Assembly (NCBI RefSeq): GCF_024521635.1
Contig: NW_026250424.1
Location: 1 to 64,000, forward strand
Direction: 5' to 3'
Length of the DNA stretch: 64,000 nt
From: Tricharina praecox
Taxonomy: Eukaryota
A model generated the notes under the pieces. The model was given only the letters and a program-made list of their open reading frames with translations. It did no database searches and was not told the origin of the DNA. Below are positions 24,798-38,727 of this stretch, piece by piece. Position 1 is the first letter of the stretch. Each line of letters begins with the position of its first letter. The translations under genes and the position numbers were made by a program.

Positions 24798-27700
24798 GTA
24801 GTGTTGGATGGTAGTGGAGACGGAACATACAGACGTGAAATCTGCATTGCTGGCTTTGGGTTACACAGATGCGCAATTTTATGCGCATTCCGTTCGAAGA
24901 TTTTCTAGGGGGTTTTCAAGGGTTTTCTTAAGCTGTGGATATTGGGGCGTTTTTTTAAGATTTTTTTGTCTTTTGGCTGTATGTTATAGGGGTAGTTTTT
25001 CCTTTTCGTGTAGTCTGAATGTTCGTTATTGTGGGCAAAAAATGGTGGCCGGGAGGCTTTTGCAGATGTGACTCGTGAACACGCGACATGGTCCGGTACC
25101 TACGCACTGTTCGAAATATGTACACACGATCAAATTAGTATCGTCCAAATTACAGCGTCCCTTCAGCTCACACTTCAAGCCCGCCGAAACTCCAACAGCG
25201 ATGACAAGTCTTGCACACAATATCACTCGCTCGTCCGAGGTTTTCTGTCCGGCTCGGTTTCACGCGGACCCGCCGAGCCTCAGTGTCCCTGCCGCTCTCC
25301 TATCCCAGTAGTGGCGGAGTGTTGGAGGAGCTGTCGGTAGAAACCCCGAATGTGGTTGGTAGTGGGCATCAACGTTGGTGGGCATTGCCACCACCACGAG
25401 AGGAGCAAATGTAGGATAGATGGAGGATCTGATAAGATGGAAGTAGGAGAGGCTAGTCGGATCAGTGGATCTGAATGGTGGTGTCAGCTAAACTAGCCGG
25501 ATCGAGTGACATGGAACGTTGTAGGCAGCGGAGGAGAATCATATTAGATGGCTCTTCGAAGTTGAATACAACCTCAACTTCTTCATCATTTTCCATTTTC
25601 GCCGTCTTGCTTCCAGGATTACGCCAATATGGCTGGGTCGACCACTGACCGAAGATTGGGGGGGCACTTAAACTGGCACCCGCGGGGTTTCTTCTTGTTT
25701 CTTGATCACCTATCGAATAGACACTCAACCCCTCATGTCCTCTCTCTCCTGTGTGCGCTTCTTTTCTCTTCGAGTCTGTAGAGGTATTGGCAAAGAGCCC
25801 TCACAAAACCGTTCTGTCCACCTATGATATCGACGCCTCTCCACCACAATGGAAGTGTCCTCGCAACGGCCAATCTTTTTTCGTCCGTCTAATTAGTAAT
25901 CATTGATTGTTTGCACGCTATCCAGATCATGACGATATGCACACGCTTTTTCCTCGTCCACCGTGCAGACTCGCCCTCGCCGCCCGATTCCAGCTGGGTA
26001 CTTAGTCATGCCTGCCGGCCAGAAAGCTACGACGAGTGATGGCGGCGTGAAGTAGCGATGCGTATGGCATGAGCGCGGCACGCTCGCTCGCGCAGAAGGC
26101 GCAGGTAACTGACTCGCAACAGCTACGTCAAGCCACCATCTTCCTGCGTGCACGGGAGCCGGCAGCGGAGAGAGTTCCCGACTTGTGGATATCACACGCC
26201 TCGACCTGCAGTTCCGCGGCCGTCGTACCTTGATTCCCTTCCAAGAGTCCGCACTGTCACGGTCTCCATGGGGATATCGCGTCTCTTCGTGATCACTCGT
26301 CTTTCCAGCCCACTGTTTACATCCCGTGGTCCTACGAGGTATGTATCTTGCATGTTGCAAGTTGTAATCCTGCAATCCTGCACTCCCCAGGCGCTCACGC
26401 AGACCCATTCAAGCCGGGACTTCCAAGTTCCACCTACCTACCCTCTCCCCCTTCGGTCTGGTACTCTGCTCCAGAACTGCTTCTCGATGCCATGCCCTCC
26501 CCCCCACCCCCCAGAGACTCCGACGCAGCACCGATGCACCACGATCCAGACAGTGCGCCATTAATCTCCAGTCTCCACTCTCCACCCACGCATCGACGCT
26601 GCCATCCCACGCCGCCCATCGACACGACCATCCCACGCCGCCATCCCACCAGCTCGTACGTAAACGCTACCGAACGGCGCACTTGCACTTGTTGCACTTG
26701 TTCCAGACAGTCAGAGCGCAGGGCACCGTGTGTCATAGACTCATAGCGATCCGCCGATGGGATGGGCGGGAGTGGGATTGCGGGAGTCGGAGTGGGAGTG
26801 GGAGTGTGGGGGGATGCCAGGTGTAAGGTGTAAAGTGTAAGGTGTAAGATTTAAAGCTCCCGCACTTATGAGTGATCGATCGCGGTATGGTAACTATCGT
26901 AACTATCGTTGCGAGGAGGATGAGCAGGAACATAGCACGGGGATGCGGGAAGGGTTCTTAGCTGGGCGACACTACCCTGCTGATGAAGTGGGGGGAGGAT
27001 GGAAACGTATGCATAACGGGGATATTCGCTCACGGGCGTCGGGCGTGAGTTTTCACGAGCGAGTCCATATCCACGAGTCCATGAGTCCACAAGACAATGA
27101 CAGCTGGTGGGGTATGGAGTTATTGGGGAGGAAAGCGGAGTTCCGGAAGCCCGTGGGTTCTCACGATGACTCTGGAGCAGAGATCTGGATACTCATTCAC
27201 CCCATAACATAGCAATTACGAACCTATTACCTTTGTGTACGAAACACCGGCCCCGCCCCCGCCCCCAAAGCGATCAATGATGTTCCATGGCTGCGTATAT
27301 TATCCGGCATGTACAGAGCCACAACCCCCCACACACACCCGCATCTGGACAAAGATCCTGAGAGAGAGAGAGAGAACATCAATGTATTGTCGCATGCGGC
27401 CTTTACTAGGTAGACTATGCCGACCAGACGTAGATCCTGCGGACATCGGTCTGCGAGCCCGCGCGCGCGGCGAGTGACATGTGGTGCACGCACGCATTTA
27501 GTGCCCCACTCACCCATCCACCACCACCGCCGGTAAGTAGAGTACCCACACACCCGCATGGGAGTACTATCGGCAGCGGTGCGGTTCGGTGGGTAGGGAA
27601 TAAGCGAGCACGCGTCTGAGGGCACCGCATGCCCTATATATCAATATCGCAGAGTAGCGCCCCGGTCTCCACCTTTCCCCACGCACGCGTGGGGGTTACT

Positions 27701-29512
27701 GTCACGGCCGTGTTACGGGCTGTGATGCGTATATCGACGACGACGGGTGGCGGCTGCTGTCCGCTGGCCGTTGGGAAAACAGTGGGGGGCACGGTCTGTT
27801 TGCTGGTGGTGTGGTGGCGGGATATATCATGTATGTTGTTTAGAGTGCGCACTGCGGCCTGCAAGATTGGATTCGTCTAGATGTTTCCTGCAGCGATGCT
27901 ACGTTACCTACTCCCTGCCTGCGGCCTGCCTGCCTACTCAGGGTACAGGGCTGTGAGGGTTGTGAGCATCCGCCATTGCGTAACGCTTTCACAAACGCCT
28001 GGGGCTTCGACCAGACAGGACAGCTGGCAGACATTTACTGAAGCTTAGAAGCTGTCAGGCGACTGCTTCACGATGACTTCCTAATTCCAATGAACTATGT
28101 ATGTACATACATTATACATAGATACATCACAATAAGCGGAGGAGGGACGGAGGGCATCCGAACAGCTTCACATCACTTCACCGGATCATCTGGTAGCGTA
28201 CCCGAGCGCCTGCCTGGGGCCTACATAGGACGATGCTGGATGCTGAATGCAGAAGTCCAGCTCCCCGTGTCGTGGAGAATGTCGAGGCTCGATGAGCCGG
28301 CTGACTGGCCGGCAAGCGGGTAAGATGGGTTTCAATGTTCATTCGATGCTCGATTCCAGTATTTTCTTTTTTGTTCTTTTTTCACATGGGAGGAGGACAC
28401 TCCTCGATATGATGGATACTTGGGTATGTACCTTGGTATCGGTCGCATTGGCCGGGGGTTGCTATGTGCTATGTAGTAGCTCGCACGATGTCTCCACAGC
28501 TATTTCAAGCTGCCATACCGAACTGAGTAACCGTACTGCGGGTTGCTCCCGCTGATCTTCGCTTTGGCGTCATTGGCTCCACCAACCCGCACGCTTGTGC
28601 ACCACCAACACTCATCCCCCACCCCCGGCTATATGGCGTATACGTATCTCATGTACTCCATATAGAGTATAGTGGAGTGTTTTAGTGGTGGTAGCTGTAG
28701 CTGTCTGAATGTCTCTGGTGAAGAATGCGGGGTAGACGTGTCCTCGCAAGTTTGCAACAACATCAACAGCAGCAGCAACAGCAACAACAGCAGCAGCAAC
28801 AGCAACAACACACCGTTGCAATATACGGGTGCACGAGTAGTCAACTCGTTAACGACAGCATTGGTAGAAACCCAGCAGGGGCTCGATGAGCATTGAACTC
28901 ACCTCGCCCCACTCCACCCATCCACACCCACATTCACAACAGTTCTGACACTTTTTCCTCCATCTGACTCGGACCGGCCGCGAACCAGCGGCGTGTGGAG
29001 ACGAACGAACAGCATGTCAGCAACTGCGGGTCGGTTAATGGACTGCAACTGCTCCCGTCTGGGGTCTGTGGGGTGCCGGGGGGTGGTCGTACGTACAGGG
29101 GCGTGTGTGGGGGGTGAATTCCCTCATTCGACTGTTAACTACACACCTACATAACCATGTGAGTTGGTCGATGCTTACTTGCAGTAACTAAATAACAGTT
29201 GGTTGGTTGGTTGGGGACCACTGCGGAGTGAGTGGTGATATGTAGCAGCGCGCACGGGCCCACTACTGGATACATGTAACATACCCAAGTAGTTAGAGTA
29301 CAATACATAGGGTACTTCTTACCGGTGGACATGGATGGCCTCAACGACAGTGTTTATACATACCAACATACATACACACCTCATACTACTCTACCGACAT
29401 TACATGCCACGAACGCGTGGGACAGCGACCAACCAGCGTGCCGGACGCGGCCAAGATGTGGGGTGGCCATAGCGAGTCCACTCAAACCACTCAATTCTCT
29501 CCATATTATCAC

Positions 29513-29547
<35 letters not shown>

Positions 29548-30129
29548 ACAAAAACCCGTTGTAACTTGTCGATCCGTATCCGTCGTGTGCGGAAGGTACT
29601 ATACTATACTATACTCTACTCTAGAGCACAGTCCATCGACGCCAGCTCAAGTGGAGTCGAGTGGAGTGGACTGAGTGGAGTCACTGGAGTGGATTGAGTG
29701 GAGTGGAGTACAGCTGTCGTCGCGGTGTGTAGATATATTAAACGCTGTCTCGGCCAGCTCCAGCTCCAGCCTCCAGTCCGCCCCCCACGCTCGACTTCGA
29801 ATGCAGCGTATATTTCGAGATGGGCACTGCAGCAGCGTGACCTCTCTCTCTCGCTCGGTCAGGACCGGACGACTGACGACCAGCTACCCAGAGTGGAGTA
29901 CCTACTGCGGCGTGGTTAGCGAGCAGCCATCTCGGCCAGTCCGGGATGCTGATCTGATCCTCACTCACAACGCACGACTACGACCATCACCATCGCCTCG
30001 TCCGCTCACATAGCTCTCTATGGAGTCTGCGTGGCCGTTGCGGTTCCCACTTTTCCCCTGTCGGTGGGTGGGTGGGTGCACCGGTTATGTGGGAGATGAC
30101 TGCCCAATTTGATTCGGTAACTAATGCTT

Positions 30130-30164
<35 letters not shown>

Positions 30165-32380
30165 TTGGTGGTGGTGGTGGTGGTGTTGGTGGTGGTGTTG
30201 GTGTTGGTGGCTGTTGGTAGTAAACGCGACCTCGTGAAACGTCGAACGTCGAAAGTCGAAAGTCGAAACGTCGTCACGGCGATCCAATGGAGTTAGTTAG
30301 TCGACGTTAAGCATAAACCCGTAAACGAGCCCGTCACTTTTTTCTTTCTTTTTCCTTTTTTATTTTCCAACTTCTTTTTTTCTTTTTATTTCCCCACATT
30401 TTTGCTTTCTTTTTTTTGCTGTGAACGGCGCTGGTTCTTTTACGGCCGCATAACTAAGGCTTAGGTACATTTTGGGTACTTCTTACTTCTTACTAAACGT
30501 ATGTACGGCACCCAGGTTGGAGCACACACGTATGTAACTGCGGCAATAATCCGTAGTTTCGTGGTTTCGTGGTTCGTAGTCCCGTGGCAGAAAATGGCCA
30601 GAAACCAGCTTCGTTCGTCCTCGCCGGTCGCCCATCGCGGTGCCCCCCCCCCTCCGCGGCCTCAGTGCTGGGTCAATCCCTGGCCCCGGCCCCCAGCACC
30701 GGTGGCGGATCAATCCCAGCTTTCGGCCAGGAACATATAGTGCGTGGGGGAGTGGGGGGCGCAAAGGCGAACCATGCTGCCGGCACTGTTACGGTATACG
30801 ACGGTACTATACACTGCCTACATACGGTATTGAGAACGGCAACGATCACGGCCGCAAGGAGTCGTTTACTCACTGGTCGAGTGTAGAGTATGGCGAGCAT
30901 CTCCACTTTGCACTTTCCAGGTTGCGGTGACTCTCCACTTTGAAGTTTGCACATTCCACTTTCCACTTTGAAGTCTGCAGTTGGCAGTTTGCAGTTTCCA
31001 CTTTGCACTTTGCAGGCGTGGGGGGACGTTCCAGTTGCGCTTTCGTATGATATCTTACACATCATGTTTGCGGAGTCTTTCCCGTCCGGATGGGAAGTCG
31101 AGCTCTGCTCTAACTGCCTCCTCTAACTAACTGCCTACTCTAACCAGCTGTAGAGTACGGTACCGTAAGTCTCCGCCGCGAACTTCCCGACTCGACTAGC
31201 GACCGCCGACCGGCGAGCAGCGCGGCAGCTCCAAGTTCCAGCTCAGCTCAGCTCGGCAGCCCGGCAGCGCTCACGATAGCTCCGCAGCCAGGTGGCAGCT
31301 CGGCACGTGAGGAGCCATGCAGACCATGACTAATTGTGAGTGATTTTGGAGCACACGTGGGAGCACACGTGTATGGTGGTGGCTAGTAGCTCTTTACTTC
31401 TTGCTTTTTGACCTCGGGGTATTGCTAGCTACATACCCGTGCTTGGTATGCGAGACACCGAATCAACACTATTACGGGATATTACTGCTACTACTACTGC
31501 TAACTACTGCTCCCCAGTGTATGTATTGCCCGCAGCTAAACCACGAGCGCGCGCCCCACGAGTTGCGCGATTATACGATGCCGGCAAGTATGTACTTCAT
31601 ACATACATACAGCCAGCTCGCAGAGTCGCAGACTCCAAAGGGCTGGTGGATCTGCTGTGCATACGAGCATACGAGCATAGGTGCATAGGTGCATAGGTGC
31701 ATAAATCCGTGCATAGCACATACTTGTAGATAGCATATGATATCGACAAGCTCTGCTACCCAGTAATACTATACACGTATCCACGTATTTCGGGCACGGG
31801 ATTTCGCGTCTGTTGAGTCAGGGATCCACCAGCAGCTGGCCTGCCTGTTGCGGAATCTGCGGTTGACGGAGGGGAGGGTATGTCTTGTCTGCATTCGGCG
31901 TTAACTATCATACCAAGTAGACATCAGTGGTCCGCTCGCATTCGCTTTCGATTCTCCCCGTCGCATACCTAGACATTGGGCATCAGTGTGGTCTACGCTG
32001 AGCAGGCAGGGCAGAGTGCGGGGTGGAGATGCCGCGTGCGGCGTCCATCCAACAACACAAAAACAACAACAAAAAACTAATGTAATGCGTTCCCCGGCCT
32101 GCGCGGTGGACACTGAACATGGTCCACGGACCACGGTCACAGTGGCAATGGCAATTGCATTGACTCTGCCCAGTGTGGAGTACGTGCATCCTACCGTGTG
32201 TGCGTGTGCGCTCGACGTGTAACTGTGGCTCCGCTCATAGGTACTCGCCAGGAGACTCGCGGGAGCGAGAGGGAGGGAGAGATCCAATTCCAAAATACAA
32301 TCCACAACCCACAATCCACACACGCACCCACCCACCCAGTGCTGCAGCAGCATCCAACATCCTTCTCCTTCCTCCGGCTT

Positions 32381-32460
32381 GCTGTCAGCCTACTACCCTA
32401 CATAACGAGCAAAACAGCTCGCTGTCAGCCTACTACCCTACATAACGAGCAAAACAGCTC
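32381..32460. repeat. Perfect 40-bp tandem duplication
   Basis: GCTGTCAGCCTACTACCCTACATAACGAGCAAAACAGCTC occurs twice in tandem. Confidence 0.95.
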
Positions 32461-33173
32461 GCTCGCCAGAGTCCGGGGTCAATTATCCGAGCAAAGCGGA
32501 TCTACACGACTAACTCCTCTAGATACATGAACTAACTTCTCCACATTCCATGGCATGCACCCCCTCCCCCTCCCTCCCCTCCTTACACTTCTAAGTTCTG
32601 TGCGACTTATTTCATGTAGGTTAACTACCCCGGATTTTCTGGGCCAATCAAGTTCTTCACACTCTTTGTACTCGTGTAAGGGTAAGTGCTGCCTCACCAG
32701 TTTTCGCCCCATACAGCTTAGCGTCTCCCCTCCATACAACTTAGTCACAACCACTCACTCATTTCATTGTATCTGGCTTAGTGCCCTTATAATATACACT
32801 AGCGTTTATTTGCTTATAATTCGTAATGGTGGTGAGGCACCACTTATCGGCAGCTCCTAGTACATAACCCTGCGTGTTCCGGAGAGAGGCAGAGGCAGAG
32901 GCTATTAGGCACAGATTCATTGCTTTTCCGTTTGCTTTTTTGCCCGCCCGCGATCCACTGGACCACTGTCAATGGCCATCACATTGACAGGTAGAGTACC
33001 TATTGGCCCGCGAGCGAACACGCGATGTCAAGACTCAGGACTCAACTCGCGTTGAGCCCGGAAAATAAAGTTGAAAGTAAAAACAAAAACAAAAGATAAA
33101 AAACAAAAAGGAAGAGAAAAAGGAAGAGAAAAAAAAACCACATGGAAAAATCCCGCAAAAGCAACGATGACTG

Positions 33174-33180
<7 letters not shown>

Positions 33181-33244
<64 letters not shown>
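33181..33244. repeat. (CA)n microsatellite, ~32 units
   Basis: Read directly from the sequence. Confidence 0.95.
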
Positions 33245-33246
<2 letters not shown>

Positions 33247-36200
33247 GCAACCTCAACCTTTGGGCCTTGCGATTTGGTGCCTTGGTGCCTTGCCAGCATG
33301 GCTGCATTGGTATGGCTGGACTCTGGGCTGGGGGGGTAGGGAAGATGTGCTCAGGTACTCCAACTCGAGTCTCCAGATGCTCTCGTCTCCGCAGTCCGAA
33401 TGGCGTAATCTACATAACAGCACAGACCAGGAGCTGAACTCCGCAAGTCCCAGTGGTCCCAGTGGTCCCAGTCAGTGCCTGTGTGTATGTGCGTTTAAAG
33501 CCAAGCCAACCACGACCCGACAACTCAGAAGCCAGCGCTGGCCCCAGCGGTCCTCCTCCCAGCGGTGGAGGAGGGGTTGAGACTTCCAAGTTCCATCTAA
33601 AGTATATATGTAAAACTTGCATCGAAAGGTGCCGGACGTGACTGGCGGCGCCGGCGTCACAGGCGGGCCCCGTTCTACGTTCCATGTTCCACATGTGAAT
33701 TTCCTGGCGCCCGTGCCCTCCCCGCCTGAGAAATCGACCGGCGACCTCTGGAGCCCGACTGTCCGAGTAGCTCTACTTTCCTCTAGGTGCTCTAAGCTGC
33801 CGCTGCTGCACGCTTCTTCTTCTTCTCATGCACATGCTCATTCACGCCCATAGCTCTCGATTGCGAATTTACAAAAGCGTGAAGGAAAGTGAGGAAAAAG
33901 TCTCTATTCTACAGTAACCTTCTACCATAGCATAGATCCATCGTCCAATCGACGTGCATGCATTGCATTGCATAATGGCCGGACGTCTAGACGTGCGGTG
34001 AACCAGCACGCACGGACTAACGTAACGCCGTCATGTCCGTGAAGAGCGGTGAAAGTGCTGCGTGCCACACCGCCTGTTATGATGATTCGGTATGTATAGT
34101 ATCGAGACTCGAGACTCGAGACTCGAAAGAGAGCGCCGACCCCTCCCCCCACCCCACCACACCCACGCAACGAGGGGGGGAATTGATTACTTGCCAGAGC
34201 TTGGGATCCATCTGCCCTCTGGGGAGAGAGGCGCGCAGGGGTATCCACTCTATTACTACACACATGTAGGCAGTGTGCGCTGTGATGATGTGCTCTCATT
34301 GGGGCCCGCGCCTCGTCATAGCTAGTGCCTGGAGGTTGCTGGCCTCCATAGTCCGGACGTCATCAACGTACGTCGGACGTCGACGTCGTTGTCAGCTGCA
34401 TGAACGTCCGTCTAGACGTCGGTTATTGTACTCTACATATCACACGTCGCTTGCTGTATGTGTTACTGTATGTACGTCGGTTCGGTTTGCGTCCGTTGCG
34501 TCCGTCCGTTGCAACTTGCAAGTGGCGTCCGTTGTTTCTTTCGTTTTGACAGCGGCGGCGGTCATCTAAAACGAATGGTTCCTGGCCGCCACCCCTCCTC
34601 TAGATGTATGTAAACAGACGGATTCTAAACAGACGGATTCCAGAATCCAGCCTCTGCAGGCTTCAGTTCTGCCATTTTTCTCCATGCCACGATTTCGACT
34701 CGACGAGAGAGGTATGGAACGAACGGACGAACGAACGGCATGATTTACATAACTACATAGCGGTCCGGTAATCGTGTCAGACCGCTCCGCCGGATCGCGT
34801 ATTCCGATCCGGTACCTATAAGTCGTCGCCATAAGTATTTCGACGATCGCCGGATTTTTGAATTTTTTTCCGTGGTGCAAGATGTTGGCGTAGTTGCGGT
34901 GGTGGTGGTGGTGGTGGTGGTGGTGGTTGTTGTTGTTATTGTTGTGGTGGGGCGTCGTGGTGGTGTGGGGTTGGTATTATGCCACAGCTCGGTGTCGTCC
35001 GTGCACTACTTGGTAGTGGGGGGGCACCGGAGCTATTATCACACTCCATGTCGGGGTTGGCAAGTTGCAAGTTGCAACGTCCACCCAGGGTACTGGGGCG
35101 GGCAACAACCAAAAAAAAAGAGCAGAGTCCAGCGCAGTCCAGCGCAGCCAACTCCGTCTCCGATTGGCCGGACCGAAGCAATCGGAGAACGCCAGCCAAC
35201 AGGAGGCCAGGAGGCCAGGAGACCAGGAGACCGGGGAGTATTCGGCGGGCTCCCAAAGAAGTAAACCTTTGCGCCGTACCTACTTTAGCGGTCGCGAAGT
35301 TTGGGGAAGAAGGTACGGACAGCATGTACTTGGGATGGAGATGACGTCGGGGGAAAAATACCGAGACGTGGGGGGAAGGGCAAGGGGAAGGGGAGCGAAG
35401 GGAAGTGCATAGAGGCGAACGAATCATCTGCTGCGCCTGGAGGACCGTTGGATGGTGGATGGCCGAGGTGCGCGCGCGGTCGATGGATGTCCGTCGTCCG
35501 TCGTCCGTCGTGGAGACTGGAGTCTGGAGTCGAGTTCTGGATCCGCCCTTTGGGATTCTGGCAGAATTGCTCTGTGCTTCGAGTTTTGTGCTTCGTGCTT
35601 CGTGCGTGACCCATCCATCCATCCACATAACTACACGCGTGGGGGGGAGTCTGGAAGGGCAGAGGTTTCCGAGGAGAAAGAAGAGGAAACAGCATGCGGG
35701 TTTAGGTACTGTACTCCACTCTACCGAATCATCCGGAACCCCCCTCCCCCCCCCCTCCCCCCCGGACAGCGCGCACTGATGTTTCCCCATGCCGGCGGGA
35801 CAGAGAGCATCATCAGTCCTGTATGTATGTACCGTATGTATGTACGTACGCACATACCATAATACCATACCAGACCGCGCACTTGGCTGGTCCGGACATG
35901 TCTCAACTCTCGATCGATATTCGCATCACGGCTGCTTGAGTAGGCAGACGCAAGCGTCATGAGATTTGTGCGACGAACTAGAATACTCGACCCAACCCAT
36001 GCGGGAACTGAAGCGGGCCGGTTTGGGGAGGTCAAAGCCATACCGTACCTAGCCTGGAGGAAGGAGAGTGGGTGAGGTGAGTTGGTGAGTTGGTGAGTGC
36101 GTGGGAAAGGTTTGTACTGTACTGTACATACGGACCTTCATACACGCTCAAGACATACCTACAGTACCCACTCTGTATAGAGTAATCATGGGGGGCAGCC

Positions 36201-38727
36201 TCTGCGTTGTTGCGGGCAACGCTTTCATTAGTTGGACAGTGACTTGGACACTCTCGAGTCTCAGCTCCGACGAACGGTGGATTTGGATTTGGATTTGGGT
36301 CTCTGCGGTGAAGTCCGAATGTCTGTACTTGCCGATTCCAGGTCCTGCTGGTGCCAGGTGGGTGACCTTTCTCTTTCCCCTCTGCGCACCGCACAACGCT
36401 GCGGAATGCAAATCGCCTTGGCTGCTGTGGGCTGCATGCACAGGCTCGCTCGCTCGTCAGCCTGATGTGTGTTGAGATGGCGGCGCATCTAGGCAGCGTC
36501 GCGATAGTTAGACGCATGCCATGCGTGGTGGTGGTGGTTGTGGTGGCAGCAGGGTGTAGCCGAAAGCGCTAGGACGATCAGTTAGACGGCCACGGCCACG
36601 GGCGACTGGCACTCGACTCAACTCGAATCAACTCACTGGCACTCGTATGAGGCATGTATAGTATGTAGTATGTAGTGTACTCTACGCACGTCTGGTCTGT
36701 TTGCACTGCCGACACATAGTTACTTGAGTACTTTGTTAGGTACCTGTGTAGATGACGGCGTGAGGTACATACTCAGCCAGCCAGCCAGCCAGGGGATGTT
36801 GTTTGAGCCGATGGACGGTGGGGGGGATTATTGAGTAAGAGAAAGTCGGTAAATAGAGTGGTGAGCAGGGAAGGGGGATGAGGGAGGGAGGAAGCCTGAA
36901 GGGCAGGAGGTCATGTCCGACGATGTGGAGCGGACGTATGTACGTAGAATAGAGTAGAGTAGAGTACCATACATGGAAGCGAAGATCGCCCCAGTCCGGC
37001 GCTGCCTTCAGCTGTTGGTGATCAGTCTGCCACTGTGTTCCAGTCCAGGAGCCCACGACGATTCCGAGTGACTTCTCTGTGCAGCGTTGCGGGTGGGCCG
37101 GCTAAGAGTGCTGTGCGTGAAGGAACGAGCGGACGGATACCATGTGCTCGCAGCAGAGCAGAGTACTATAGGTAACCACGTGAGTGAGAAGACGAATGTA
37201 CCGTATTCCCAAGTACTTTGGTACATAGCAGCAGGGATGGATATTGCGAGTATTGTTCGCTCGCTGTCCTGTCCTGAACTGTGTCCTGCGCTGTGTCCGT
37301 GTCCCTGGAGATGGGTCTGGGGAAGGGGACATTCTCCATAGAATGTTTTGCGAATCCCTCGCACACACATTGCACATTGCTCATTTCATACTGCACACTG
37401 CACAGTGCACACTCTCGACTCTTTCGAGCGAAGAAAAAGAAGAAGGACCCGCTCTGCGTGCGCCGTGCGCCCTCCCTGCTCCTGACGGACTGGCCGGGAT
37501 GATCACCCCACGATCCAGCAGCCGAAAAAGCAAAGAAAACGAAACCCCCACGAATAATATGGGAGTGACCCGTAGCTGCGGATCCTTGGAAGTTGGTGCG
37601 AGAAAAAAAACTGCTTGGCGTAACTGTATCTCGACTCGACGCGTTGCGCTCAGCTCAGCTCTCGCACTGGCTGGCTAGCTAGGGAAGTACTCTACTTTGC
37701 CATGGCTGGAGTAAGAGCTCTTCTCTCCAACACCACCACCACCATCACCACCACCATCACCACCACAGTCGTCTGCGCCCTGCGTGCGGATGGTTGGGGC
37801 GTGCCCGGTGGCAGCAGCATCACCGCATCTTGTCGCAGGAAAAGAAGAAAAGAAAAGAAAACCAATTCGGATTCCGCACGTCGACCGCGCCCGCTAAATT
37901 AGTCGAGCTTCCGCAGGGCTTGAGACAGTGGATGTGTGTGTGGGCACAGTAGCGAAGGGAGATCCTGCCTGCTTACCATGTAGAGTACAGCTCGAAAGGA
38001 AAGGAAAAAAAGGCGAGCAGCACGGAAGGAAAATCAATCGGAAGGCTATCGCTGATCGTGACATCTCCACCTCCACCTCCACCATCTCCACCTCCATCAC
38101 CTCCAGCACCTCCGTCACGATCACCACCACCCCCGTTTGTTGATCTCCCCCGGAAACGTCATGGACGTGGACGTGGACAAAACTCACCGAGAGAGAGAGG
38201 TACATACCATACCGACAGACAGCCACGAAACGAGACATCGCATGACAGCATGGCTGGGCTCGAAGCTCATCTGGGGATGCGCTCGGCAAGAGGGTCCCGT
38301 GGCCCTGTAGAGTTGATTACGCAAGGAGACAGGCACGTCCATTGGTCCCTCAGCGGAGATTCACTTCCGTCTGGCACCCCCAGACTGACTCGTCGACACG
38401 CCCGCCCCGCCGCCGCCGCCTCCACTACCACCTCCACTACCACCTCCACCACTGCGAGGCTTCGTTGGTAGGGCTTCAAGCTAGAGGTTTCCGAACAGGA
38501 GCTAGATCGAAATCCATATAAAGCTCCATCCCGTCCCCCAATCTAGGTTTTGTTTCTCCACACCCCATAGCGACATCTTCACGACATCCTCCATAAGCTT
38601 ACAGTATCAACATAAAGACTACTCCCCATCATCATCATCCTCCTCGTCGTTCTACACCTTTTGTACCAGACCTCCTCCCCCTGCCCTCACTCCAAACAAC
38701 CCCCCACCCAACCCAACTCCTAAGCAG

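Noticed and set aside
32520..32860. AT-richer patch that could be a transposon relic
   Set aside because: No termini, target-site duplication or recognisable protein motif.
34936..35868. 310-aa ORF and other low-complexity ORFs in the gene deserts (e.g. 33071-33580, 43899-44618, 46205-46954)
   Set aside because: They are translations of microsatellite-rich DNA with no recognisable domain or codon bias.
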